From the NCBI GenBank assembly GCA_009914755.4, contig CP086569.2, positions 8,416,001-8,480,000 on the forward strand: a stretch of DNA of 64,000 nt, given 5' to 3'. Made by a program: the position numbers and the translations under genes. The notes under the pieces were generated by a model. The model was given only the letters and a program-made list of their open reading frames with translations. It ran no database searches and was not told where the DNA came from. Origin of the DNA: the human T2T-CHM13v2.0 reference genome, Homo sapiens. Shown one piece after another: positions 13,041-24,714 of the stretch. Numbering within the stretch: the stretch's first letter is position 1; every line of letters starts with the position of its first letter.

Positions 13041-15478
13041 TGATGACTTTAAGCTCTTGTTCAGCTGGGAACCAAATTTGAGGTAAATTCAAGGAGTCCT
13101 GAGGACAAGACTGCTAGTATTTCTCACCTTAGGTTGGCCATGGGACTACAAAACAGTGGGAGATATCAGTTCTTGGGATTCAATATCTACACTGCGGATT
13201 CAATATCTACAGAGAAATTAAGAACAGGGAGCCACACAGCCCAAGCAGAACCACACATACAGGTGACCAAAATGTTGGGTTCTTAAAAAAAAAAAAAAAA
13301 GAGAGAGAGGAGTGCTGCAATGCATTTACCACATTACTTTAGGCAGGTTCCACTTACAGGGACACACTCCCACACATACACCCACAGATACACAAGGCCA
13401 CACATGCAAGCAGACACCCAATACTCGCAACACTCCCACAGAAACAAACAGCAAACCAGCTTCTGAGTCTGTGTAATTCTTCAGGAAGCCATACCTGGGA
13501 AAGATCAACCCCAGGGAACACAGGTGAGTTGTACCTAGTAATCATTTTGGGGCATATTTCAAAAAGAGTCACCCTTGTAACACCTAAGCAGTCCTCAGGC
13601 ATCCTGAAGACTGCTTTGTATCCTTAGGGATTTCATGGTTCATTCCTGCAAATCTGCTTGATGTTTCTTCGGGCTGGCTCACATCTACCCTCTACTAGAG
13701 TCATGGGACTGTCACGCAGATCCCACAGAGAAGATAGGCGAGAGTCCATGGCTGATGCATCTCCACGGAGGTCTTATTCTCTGCCAAGCCACAGGGACTT
13801 GTCACTAGGCAATGGTGGCATTTATTGTGTCACTAGCCAGAGCTCACTGCTCAGGCCTGGTGCTTTGAGACTAGCTCATGAGCATTCATGAGGCAGGCTC
13901 AGGTGTGTGGCTGTCAGAACTGTCAGCCTGCCTAAGCAGAGGAAAATGGTACAGGCAGAGCCAGCCTGGTATTGAGAAAAAAAAATTGCCTGCAATAACC
14001 TACTTGAGCCCCTAAAAATCTCTACCTTATTGTTCCTTCGGGTCATCTTGGTGGTGGGGTCCTGGCGAAGGAGGAAGTATTTAGAGACTGTGAGATGGTC
14101 GCTGGAAACTGCTCTTCTGACTCCATTCCCAGAAGAGGCTGTGTGCAAGAATCAGGTCACATGGGGATTGGAAAAGGGTCCAGTGAGTTGTTGAGGGTTC
14201 TTTATGTGATGGAATCATAAATGAGACCCCAGAGATGGGTGTCTGTGAAAGATTGCTGGGTTCTTGACCTCACTGCCTCTCTTTACCCTGGGCCTCACAG
14301 GAGCTCTCCGGGATAGGCAGGAACCACTACAAAGTCAATTTCAAGGTGGAGCAGTGTTCCCTCACCTTGAACTGGCCTCGTGTGTGGGTAGATGAGTTTG
14401 TGACAGTGTCTCAGAGGCCATCTGTGGTGATTGCAAACCTGAAAATGGTGTCCAGTAGTGCTGTTGGCAGGCAATGTAGAACTCCATGAAAGCCAAGAAA
14501 AATCAGTGCTTACCTGAGAGAATGAGCTGCCTTGTGCTGGAGTACAAGCAATGTTCAATGAGTCTTGTCAGAGGACACAAAATTCTCTTGCAAAGTGCAA
14601 ACATCCTCAGCCCCACAATGTGACCACAACCCACAACCTGAAGTTCAGCCAGTCTATCCGAAGTCTTTTTTACTTCTGAAATCCCTTGCTTCCAAAAGAT
14701 CTGTAGTGAGAGACAGTCCCATCCAGCAACAGCCAATTGAAGGAGATCTATGACAATGAGAAAGGACGTGCAGAAGAAATGAAACAGAGCCTAGATTACC
14801 AGGCAAATGTTAGATGTGGTTGCCTGCTTCTCACTCCATAGGAGTCATGCCACCCTTTGATTGAAGTGGGAAAACAAGAGTTTACCTGTTGGTGGCTCTA
14901 CAGGAATTTATGGTTTTTAAAGTATCAAAGCTGTCGAGTCATTAAAACCTGACAGTGTTTTGAAGAAAATACTCACACAATGGATTCCCATGAGGGTCAT
15001 CCTTTGTGAACTAGGAAATGGTTAGTGTGGAAGACAGTGAGCCAGAACAAGGAAACCCTAATTTGATGAGGAACATGGAAGTCAGAAAAAAGGAGGCAAC
15101 TCTGGAGGCCATATCTCACCCAGCATCAATCCATCCCACTCCCATTTGGCCCCATGTAAGAAAGCCCTCAAAGTGCAAAGCCCCAGTTTGCAGTCCATAT
15201 GTTCATGGCACGTTGGAAAACTCCCACTTGAACACCGGGTCATGGTTTGCACTGCTTGTGCTCTTAAGGGAATGCGGGGATGCAATTGAAAGCAACTTCT
15301 GTGTCATCTGTCTTCACCTTCTTTTCAGGTGAAAGTGTGGGACACAATCCACACCTCACCAGACTGTATCCTCTACCCTATCTGACCTTATTTCTGCTCA
15401 CACTTTCTGTTTCAGAATGAAATCCCAAGACACTGGAGTAGTGCCCCCTCAACTCACGACATTAAGCACCTGCTTGGC
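13041..15478. repeat. Array unit 7 (last unit; homology ends ~15478)
   Basis: Collinear homology through 'gcacctgcttggctg'. Sequence after 15480 is unrelated. Confidence 0.7.
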
Positions 15479-16297
15479 TGTTCTCATATATTGATTAATC
15501 ATAATTATAGTTGTTTACATTCATTGTGAAACACAATGTTCCATATTTCTTCCTTCTTCTCCATCATTTATTTTCTTCTCAGATTAGTTATAGTTTTGTC
15601 AAATATATGAAATAAGGTAACACTGCAGTATTTCAGAAAGCACACTGCATTGGAAACAGACTCATATTGAAATGGGAAAACATCCCTTACTCCCCACAGC
15701 CAGGCAAGGAATGAGGACAGGTTGTGGGACTCCGACCACAGGCAGCATCTAGGGGTGAATGCTTACAGCTCCTGAATCCCTAGTGGGTATGTGTTACACG
15801 TTGTTAATTTAGTTTATCCATCTGTAAGCGGCTTATGTTAGCTCAATTAGACACCGTACTTTACTACAAAGACAGAGGGATTTCTGGATCCCAGGGTTTC
15901 CTGCCTTGGTGTACCTGAAGAATTGTCCTGTCTCACACTTGGGCTTGGAGAATAAGTGCAAGGTTTCATTGAGTGGAAGTTCTCAACAGATGGATGGGGA
16001 GCCAGAAGGGAGATGGAGTGGAAAGGTGGTTTTGATTTGGAATGAGGCAGCTCAGCACTGTCCTCCCACAGCCCCGCAGAACTCTGTGTTCTTCTGCAGT
16101 GGATGGCCCACCACCTCAGTCTTTGTGCTCTCCTTTCTCTGGTGTCCCCTCAAGGTCCAGTTGCTGTGTCTTGCTCTGCTGATGGTTCCTCTCAATGTCC
16201 AGCTGCTGTGTCTCTGCCTACTAGCATCTCAGGGTTTCTGATAGCACAGGATGGGGGTAAGTCAGGCCAGGTTGTTCTTGGAAAATGCAATGCTAAG

Positions 16298-16299
<2 letters not shown>

Positions 16300-16333
<34 letters not shown>
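16300..16333. repeat. Pure poly(A) tract, 34 nt
   Basis: Direct read. It is followed by a 20-nt imperfect direct repeat: 'cagaaccgcatgtcctcacc' and 'cagaagtgcgtgtcctcacc'. Confidence 0.95.
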
Positions 16334-16334
<1 letters not shown>

Positions 16335-16472
16335 AGAACCGCATGTCCTCACCAATTTGGGCAGGAAAACAGAAGTGCGTGTCCTCACCTAGGTCAGTGA
16401 GCACAGGCCTGAGTATGGAGGCCTAGCTAAGAGCCACACCTTCCTCTACCGGGCACTTTCCTGCCCCCATTC

Positions 16473-16548
16473 CATATCTATATATCTATATCTATATCTA
16501 TATCTATATCTATATCTATATCTATCTATCTATATATATATATATATT
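16473..16548. repeat. (TATC/TATATC)n compound microsatellite
   Basis: Seen directly in the sequence. Confidence 0.9.
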
Positions 16549-17699
16549 TAATTTAAAACCAAAAATAGTATCAAAATCCTTTTGAGAAGACCACTGGAGA
16601 AAAAGGCATTAGAAGAGTCAGCCTAGGATTAGGGTCACTACACAGAAAATTGAATCACAGAGTATGTCCTGCAGGCCATGGAATCACTGCAGAAACATAT
16701 CCCCTACTGAGAAGGAGAGGGAAACAAACTATATTCTCTCATCTTTTTGTTCTCTAATCTCTGCAGTGGCACTCCTTGACTGAGCTGAAACAGGAAGTAA
16801 TTTTTATAGGAGACTAGGAACCATATCTCCCAAGGGCCATGCCTCTCTATTACAGAACAGTGCCAGAGAGAGGTGACTGATGTATCTCTGGGCATACAAA
16901 CCCAGGACCTCACACAAAGGACTATCAGAGACAATTATAGTATCAAGGGATCAAGAGAGAAGTAGTCTGAGAAACGACTCATGCGTGATATTTGTGAAAA
17001 GACCAAAACATAAAACAGAGCTTATGAGGTAGTAAACATAACAAGAACTTACAGAAAAGCAGGCAAAATTGTAAAGTCCAGGCTATTTACCTTTCCTTTA
17101 TAGGATTTTGAAATCCTCTTCCAGAATCCTTTTCCCAATAACTTCCATTCATGGATTCATTCATGAAATATTTATTGAGCTAGTATGGTCTAAGAATTGG
17201 GCCAAATGCATCATATGCTCTGTTAGAACTTCTGTCATTGATAGAAAGAATGTTTCTTTTTTTCTACCATGTTTTTCTCCAAACATTCTTGCAAATTCAT
17301 ATCCTTACAGATGTGGTAAATTGTTCTTGCCCTAAGAAGGTTCCCCAAACCCCTGTAAACCCAGTTAAGAATTTCCTTCCTCTCCAACTAAGTTACTAAA
17401 TTGCATATATTGTAACACTTGTCAGAGTACATTGCAATTATTGCTCTTCTCTTCATCCTCCAATTAAACTATGAATATTTTGAAAGAAAAGCCTATAAAC
17501 ACAATGGCTTGACATTTGTCAATATTTATTGCACAAAAGTTATTAGATATTTACATATAATATTCTAATGTATTTGTCCTAATTTTTGGAAAACAATATA
17601 AACAATGTTCACTGACTGTTCCCAATGAACTGCTCAACTTTAAACAATGTCTATGCATTTAGAGCAGTCATACACACTTCCAAAAAATGCCTGAAAGTG

Positions 17700-17830
17700 T
17701 TTTTATTTTAATTTAATATGTTTTTTATATTGAATTATTTTGTAGAGGCAAAGTGTTGCCACGTGGCTCAGGCTGAAATGCAGGGTGCAATCACAGCTAA
17801 CTTCAACCTTGAACTCCTGAGTAAACAGTA
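17700..17830 (-). mobile_element. Alu monomer-like fragment (FLAM/FRAM-like)
   Basis: Contains 'tgtagaggcaaagtgttgccacgtggctcaggctg..gaactcctgag', resembling an antisense Alu monomer, with a T-rich 5' flank. Confidence 0.4.
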
Positions 17831-20152
17831 CAATAGATGTGTGACATCATGCTCAATTTAATTAATTAAATAATTAATTTCATTTTAGAGATAGCTGTTA
17901 CTATGTTTCCTGTTCTGGTGTCAAAATCTGGGTTTGAAGCTGTCCTCCCTACTCAGTTTCCTGAAGGGCTGAAATTCCAGACATGAATGACCAGACCTCA
18001 AAGAGGAAATTTTAGATTTTAGAATATTGTAATATGTTAGACTTAATTTCTTCTTTCAATTTTGCATTTGCAGTGGCACTTGAGAATAATTATTTCTTAT
18101 GTTGAGAGTGTGATTTCTCATACTTGGCCAACAAATTTTGAAATACTTATTCTGTTTACTTAAGCCCTAATAAATCGTAGTCAACTCAGCTAAGAATAGA
18201 GTACATAGATGTTTTTGTGTTGGGGCCGGAAAACAAATGTAGAGAGATATTAAGAACCAAAGACTTTTTTATGTATATCCTAAAGCTTTATGCTTGCAAG
18301 TGACATATCATACATGGAATGGATAGTTTTATACAATACCCTGAAATACATACTACAGTAACCAATTTAGCACTTGCAATTTCCCAACTTTGTTTTCATC
18401 AGAAGTTAATGATGTATGGCACTTCTAGTAAGTAAATGAATGTTTGAGTTGCTGTGAGTTATTTTAGTCATTGCTCAGCTAATCATTTATCAAAGATCTT
18501 TACATGTGCAATATCATAAATGATGGACATTAAAAATTAACAGGATTTATCTAACGAAAAGCTGCTATCTAATGTGGTATTTTTCAGTAAGATGACAGCA
18601 GTAATTATCCCAAAAAATAGTTATTCCAGTAGTTTGAGCCATTTTAACAATTTCCAACCAAAGATTACACAGTCAGTTTCCAGATCTTGGCAACAGTAAT
18701 TAACGTAATGGCTATTAATGAGAAGAGATTTTGATACATCCAACTGTCTTTGGATGTCAGTGCCTTGAAGGGATGAGTTTGGCATATTAATAAGAAAAGG
18801 TGCATTGCACTGGATACTAAGAAATGTACTGCATTGTTTTTCTTATCTTCTATAAAAATGAAAGGTCAATTGGAGATACAGAAACAATGGAACATTCCAC
18901 CACACGGCCTGACATTTCATTATACTTTGATTTTTTTAAACATGTACAAAGGTCATTAAATATGCAAAGGTAGGACTGTTATAGGATGAAAGTGTTGGAG
19001 TCAGAGGTCACAATCCACAGCAAAGTGATAATCTTTTGTGGGTGGCTCCCTGAGCGCTGAATTAGAGTGAGAATCAACTTTCAGGCTGCTAACAGAGTAC
19101 AAGGAGAATGAAGCTATCAACAGTTGACCTTATTGGATTAATTGAAATGAATGTTGACAGAGAGTGTGTTGGCTTTATATGAAATTGAGTATAGTACTTC
19201 AAATTGAGAATTTGATGAGGGTAAACTCTTACCAAATTTCCTATATGTAAAATTGAGAATTAAAAGATTACACAAACCATATATTATGGGCATCTCATAT
19301 AAATTTATATACACATGTGCAAACTTGCAGCGTACAAATATTTGTCTATATCTAAATATATCCAAATCCATTGAAGAACAGTTAGAAATTTAGAAATTAT
19401 TCTCCTGTTTTACCACTCCCCTTCCTAGAATTTTGTCACAAATATAATTTTTCCATCTGTTTGAAGCCTACTGTCTGGAGGCAGGTAATGTATGGATACA
19501 GTAAAGCCATGAAATATCACAGGGTTTGTATCAGAGAAAATAATAACACTGGTGTTATAAAAGATCCACTATGAGGAGAAATTTATACTTCACAAGACTA
19601 CAAATACGAAGTATTATTTCATTGAAAGATGGTATCAGTCAATACAATTTGTTTTTAATGTTTTATTTAAAATCCTTAATCTCAAAAGGACAATGATATT
19701 GCTAAAAAATAATGATTCAGAATTTCCTTTAATTTATTGATTATTTAAAATGTAAGTGAAATACTAAAAAGTATTATATAATGTAGTTTCATGAAGCATT
19801 TTCTATGATTTTGTAAAATTAATAGCTGCAATGGAATTTTTTGACACAGATAAATTTCTTTATATTATTTTATTGCTTATTATTGTACTTTCACTTTATT
19901 ACTTGCTTGCATGTCATAACTGATAGAAATAAAAATATTTTTAGTTACACATATAGAAAGCATGGATTTTTGTTTATGTTTTCTAATTTAGAGAAAGTCA
20001 CCAATAATTTTATCTATATAGGAAAATTCTGAAAAGCCCCACGTTCTTAACTTTATTGTCTTTTGAAGTTTCATATTTCAGTCTAGGTATGAGATCAAAT
20101 TGACTGTGATTATTTTTTGATTTCACTATGACTACTGAGTTTCTGATATAGT

Positions 20153-20155
<3 letters not shown>

Positions 20156-20187
<32 letters not shown>
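20156..20187. repeat. (TA)n microsatellite
   Basis: Seen directly in the sequence. Confidence 0.95.
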
Positions 20188-20189
<2 letters not shown>

Positions 20190-21304
20190 TGACAACCTCC
20201 TTAACCAGGATGGACTCCACATCCTCAGCATACGATGTTGGCTGAAAGTGTTACTCCTGGTGCCCCAGCCACTGTTTCAAGGTGCAGAGAATGACCAGCA
20301 GACACCTGAGTCCTTGTCCTCCTGTCCAAGTAATATACATAGAATTAGTAAAAGAGTGGTACATTAGACCTCATGACATTTTTAAGGCTGACCTCTTTAT
20401 GAGCATTTCATCCAGATACTTATGAGTTTATCTCATTTATTTTATTTATTTATAGCTCTCATTTCAAAATAAATTTTTGCTTGAGAGATATTTCAACATA
20501 TAACCAAATGTTTGGAGCTATGACATACAGGTTTCAAGCTTGAAAGTCTGTATCTGCTATTATGTGGGGTAAAAGCTATCCATCACTTATAAAAATAAGT
20601 AATTTTTAGTCATGGCCAATGTAGTGGTCTAAAACACACTTTGAAATTCTTTGCAAACCCATTTGAAAATATTCCTGATGCGACTGAACACAGTACTTGC
20701 TTCTAAGGAACAGAAAACAGGGCAAGCATTTTCTGGATACTGGGCCACCTCTGGCCTAAGTTAGAAAATGTGACACAGCTCTGCCTAAGTCTCTTGATCC
20801 CATGGGGACAAACCCCTCAGGAGCCCCAGACCAATATATCACAAAGTCTAACACCCTGATAACACTATGCAGAAAGAACAACCCATGGAGAGAATCATAA
20901 AACTAAAAGGAGATGCCTGAGGATCTCAGCAGTCCAGCCCTTACTATTTGAGTCATGCTAGCCATGACACCAGGGAGATGAGAAGACACCTGACAGTGTC
21001 CACATCCTGAGTCATGAAGAGATTGCACCCTCCTGAGTGTCCCTGAACCACAATCATTTGGCTGATAGACTGTGGAAGCTTGCAGACTGAGAGTAAACTA
21101 TAATTATTGTTTTAAGTCACTAGGTTTTAGATAATTTTGAAAGGCAGTTTAGACTCCTAGAAAACCTGAGTTGTGTACTGATTTGAGTAATTGTGGAGAA
21201 CTTTAAAGGTGAACGTCACTAGTGCTAATACCCTGGAAAAAATCAAACCATCAAGACTCTTCTGAAGACAATATTGCTTATCAACTGAGCTTTAAAACAG
21301 GTAT

Positions 21305-21610
21305 GAGGCAGGTCACAGAGGCTCAACCTGCACTCCCAGCAGTTTGGCAGGCCAAGGTGGGTGGATCTCTTGATGTCAGGAGTCTGTGATAAGCCTTGTC
21401 AACATGGCATGAATCCAAGTCTAATATCATACAAAGGCTAGCTGGGCATGGTGGCCCATGAATGTAACTACAGCTACTCAGGAGGCTGATGCAGGACAAT
21501 CCACTGAAACCCAGGCATGGAGTTTGCAAAGAAGTGAGATCACAGCACTGCAGTCCAACCTGGCAACAGATTGAGACTCTGTCTCAGAAATAAAAATAAA
21601 ATAATAAAAT
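21305..21610 (+). mobile_element. Alu element (older subfamily, AluJ/S-like)
   Basis: Contains 'gcactcccagcagtttggcaggccaaggtgggtggatc..agctactcaggaggctga..ctgcagtccaacctggcaac' and an A-rich tail. Confidence 0.85.
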
Positions 21611-21649
21611 AGGAGAGATCACTGAAGAGATAAATGCATAAAACTGAGT

Positions 21650-21955
21650 AGGTATTGTGACTGATGCCTGACATCGCAGCACTTTGAGAGGCTGAGGTGG
21701 GTGGATCACATGAGGAAAGGAATTCAAGACCAGCCTGAGTAAACATTGTGAAACCAGGTCTCTACTAAAAGTACAAAAAAAAAAAAAGAAAAATAGACAA
21801 GATTAGTGTCGTATGCCTGCAGTCACAGCTACTCGGGAGGGTGTGACTGGAGAATTGCTTGGACCCAGGATGGGGAGGTTGCAGTAAGCACAGATAATGC
21901 CACTGCACTCCACCCTAGGTGACAGCGCAGGATTCCATCTAAAAACAAAAATCAA
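21650..21955 (+). mobile_element. Alu element with internal A-run
   Basis: Contains 'gcactttgagaggctgaggtgggtggatcac..cagctactcgggagg..cactgcactccaccctaggtgacag'. Confidence 0.85.
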
Positions 21956-21970
21956 AGAGAGACACAGGGA

Positions 21971-22007
21971 GAAAGAAAGAAAGGAAAAAAGAAAGAAAGA
22001 GAGAGAG

Positions 22008-22082
<75 letters not shown>

Positions 22083-22195
22083 AAAAGAGAAAGAGAGAGG
22101 GAGGGAGGAGGGAGGGAGGAAGTAAAGAAGGTAAGAAGGAAGGATGGAAGTAAGGAAGGAAAGAAGGAAGGAAGGAACGAAGGAGAGAATGAAAG
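21971..22195. repeat. (GAAA)n / polypurine microsatellite ~225 bp grown from an Alu tail
   Basis: Direct read. A pure (gaaa)n core lies at ~22009-22084, flanked by a degenerate gaag/ggaa run. Confidence 0.95.
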
Positions 22196-22804
22196 GCATA
22201 AAACCAAAGGGAAATGAATAAAAATAAAAACTTGCCATTTGCTCATTATCCACATGGTTTTTGAATTATGTTTAAAATAATATTAAGGTCTCCAGTGGAC
22301 TCACAGAAACTTTAAAATAAGCTAGTGTATATTGTCAAAATTACTCATGTAACTATGGTGTTAACTAAGATACTTGCAGTTTTCAACAACCAAATCTAAG
22401 TGACATTTGTCTTCAAATTGCATGCTACTAGGGGCAGGGTAGTCTGTGTTATGCTGCCTAATCCACATTGAATTAAAAATGAATTCAAATATGGAAAACA
22501 TTTTACACTTACTATTACCAGTAAAGACTGTTGTGTTTCCTGATGTTTTGAGGATTTTATTGCCACAATTTTTATGGATCTGGCAGAAAGCCTTCCTCAT
22601 CCAAATTCACCCCTTATCATCACAGTAAAAGTGTATTCAGGAATTAAGAGGAAAGAGCATCCAGTCCCTCTGCTTTCCTGCATTGGTTCCCATGCACAAG
22701 CAAATGTGCTGTGTCAGTGGCTATCGAATATACATATTTTTGATCAATGAAATTTATGTTTCCAAATGGTAAAACAAAAAATATTATTATCAGTTGTATT
22801 TTTA

Positions 22805-22940
22805 TCATTTATTTACTGAGAGGTGGAGCCTTGCTTTGTCACCAGGCTGAATCATACATTACTGTAATCTCAGACTTTTGGGCTCCTAGGATCTCTAACA
22901 TCACCCTCACAAAGTACTGAAATTACAGACTTGAGCCACT
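22805..22940 (-). mobile_element. Alu fragment (partial, antisense)
   Basis: Contains 'gagaggtggagccttgctttgtcaccaggctg..gagccactgtacccagcc'. Confidence 0.7.
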
Positions 22941-23183
22941 GTACCCAGCCTAAAGTTTAGAGAGAAAGGCTAATGAATATATTGTACACCATATAAATAA
23001 ACATAATTGCAGGTTTTCTAGAGGGCTGTAAGAAACCACTGAAAAGCTGCCATTGTGTAAGGCTGCTGGCAGCAATGTAATGCAGGCAAAGGAGTGGGTC
23101 CTTCCCCACTGAGCCTTCAGAAAATACCAGAGGCCTGCTTGGCATTTCCATTGCTGCTTTTTGAGAGAACATGAAGCATATTT

Positions 23184-23226
23184 GTGTATGTTTTGTGTGT
23201 GTGTGTATGTGTCAGTGTGTGTGTAA
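23184..23226. repeat. (GT)n microsatellite, imperfect
   Basis: Seen directly in the sequence. Confidence 0.9.
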
Positions 23227-24714
23227 GCATACATACATAACCAGTTAAACAAACTGGGCTCACCCACACAATGGAATATGATGCAGCTTTTTGTAGATAT
23301 GGTAGAATTCATCCCAAATTTATCAATTCCTGGGCTTCTTTTTTTTTGGCTGGTAGGTTATTTATTAGTAATGACTCCATTTCAAAAATTGAAATTGAAT
23401 AGGCTGGAGCTGACACTGGATCCACTTTGATTCTGCTGTGGAACAGAGAATGGGATGACTGTAATTTTGGCTGTGATGCTTACTGGAAGGTTTCTGCATA
23501 GATATGCTAGCTTTCTGCCAGCAGCAGGAGGGCCTGAGGCTGAAAATCAGCTCCCTTGACACCTTTCATATTGCCCAGAAATTTTCTCAAGGATTACATA
23601 GTTCCCTGACTAAGGGAAAGGCCAGGGCTGAGAGTGTCTCCTCCCTATAGGGGACATAGGCTAGAGAGTCTAGGTCCATTTTCTGCTGGACAGAGCCTGG
23701 ATAGACTACATTTATTGGCTCAGACTGGCAAGTTCCCCAGCATGGTAGTTGCTTCCGAGCCACAGTGGGAGGGTCTGGAGCTGAGACTGGGATTCTCTGT
23801 TACTCAATAAAATCATGTGCTCTAGAGATTCTAATGCCCAAGTTATTTCCATTAGATTTATCAGAAGTGAAGTTCCTTCCAGGGATACCAAGGCTTATTA
23901 TAAAACTACTTGCCTGCTGGGTCCAGGTAGGGCCAGAAACTTCATCCTTAACCACTAAATTGCCTCCGATTTTCAGCCTGGGGATGGATGGAGCACACAG
24001 GGCTAGGATGGTCAAAAGTATGGCTGCTGCAATGGGGTGGGGTCACATGCCCCTTCTGTGGATAATCACCAAGCTGCCACTTTGTCACAGCATTGGCTGT
24101 TTTGCAGAAAAAAACCAGGATGGGATTTGGCAGTTGGCCAATGATTTGAGCCTGGCAGACCCATCAACCACGGCTGGTTGTTGCAGAATGATGTTGTTGC
24201 CTAGTTTCTCTGAAACAGCACCTCTCTGGCTGGAATGCAAAGCCAACAGTAAGATTACTGTATGGTCAGTGTGAGCCCCATCCATGTAGTTATTTTCTAA
24301 CTGACCCCAGTTGTCTGATACCTCCAATGTTTCCTACCGGGTAAGGCTAGAGAGAACATCATGTGAAAAATTGCAAAATAGAAAAGAAAAAGTTGAATGT
24401 ACGCTTTCAACTCTCTCCTCTCTGAAGAAACTGCGAGGCTGGGAAAAAAATTTTGTATGCAACACTTTGCTGGCTTGGGGAGGAAAAAAAACATCAAATT
24501 AAAACTGATATTTTATCCTGCATGTGGCTATTTTCAGTTCTACAATCAAAAAAGTTGTCATAGATTAAATCCCAAGTTATAGAATCATTCACTAAGATGT
24601 CTTTGTCTAAGGAAAGTTGTGAGTTTTGATTTTTTGTGGAGAGGGTGGGAATTAACAGAATTACAGAATGCCTATTATGTCACATCAGACCCTAGAAACA
24701 GGCAAGTTAAAAGA

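Larger units (their letters stand above)
1..15478. repeat. Tandem array of seven diverged ~2.2-2.5 kb units (macrosatellite-like / old tandem segmental duplication); array continues beyond window start
   Basis: The same ordered series of landmark segments recurs head-to-tail with period ~2.2-2.5 kb. Example landmarks: 'gtaaattca..ggccctgcagacaggactg' at ~47, 2526, 3553, 6023, 8524, 10893 and 13085; 'gtgctgaagtgcattagccacattcc' + (CA)n at ~350, 3880, 6300, 8810, 10920 and 13310; 'gctcacaatcaggcctagtgccctga' at ~870, 4390, 6850, 9325, 11470 and 13845. Homology stops at ~15478. By eye the units are ~80-88% identical. Confidence 0.85.

Noticed and set aside
1-15478. Regularly spaced repeats as a possible CRISPR-like or gene-cluster array
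   Set aside because: Units are 2.2-2.5 kb and contiguous with no unique spacers. The sequence context is primate nuclear DNA (Alu, L1, HERV). This is a eukaryotic macrosatellite-type tandem duplication, not a prokaryotic array.
21897-22217. 106-aa ORF encoding poly-Lys/Arg/Glu ('KERKKERKKERKK..')
   Set aside because: It is a pure translation of the (GAAA)n/(GGAA)n polypurine microsatellite and is mirrored by S/F/L-rich ORFs on the other strand. It is a low-complexity artefact, not a gene.
23765-24274. 169-aa ORF, the longest non-retroviral ORF in the unique region
   Set aside because: It has no recognisable domain or motif and no Kozak/splice context that I can support. It lies in a block (23340-24330) that begins with a T-run and contains internal duplicated segments ('ggctggagctgacactgga' / 'ggtctggagctgagactggga'), which suggests an old retroposed or repeat-derived sequence. 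A random ORF of this size is not unusual in 64 kb scanned in six frames.
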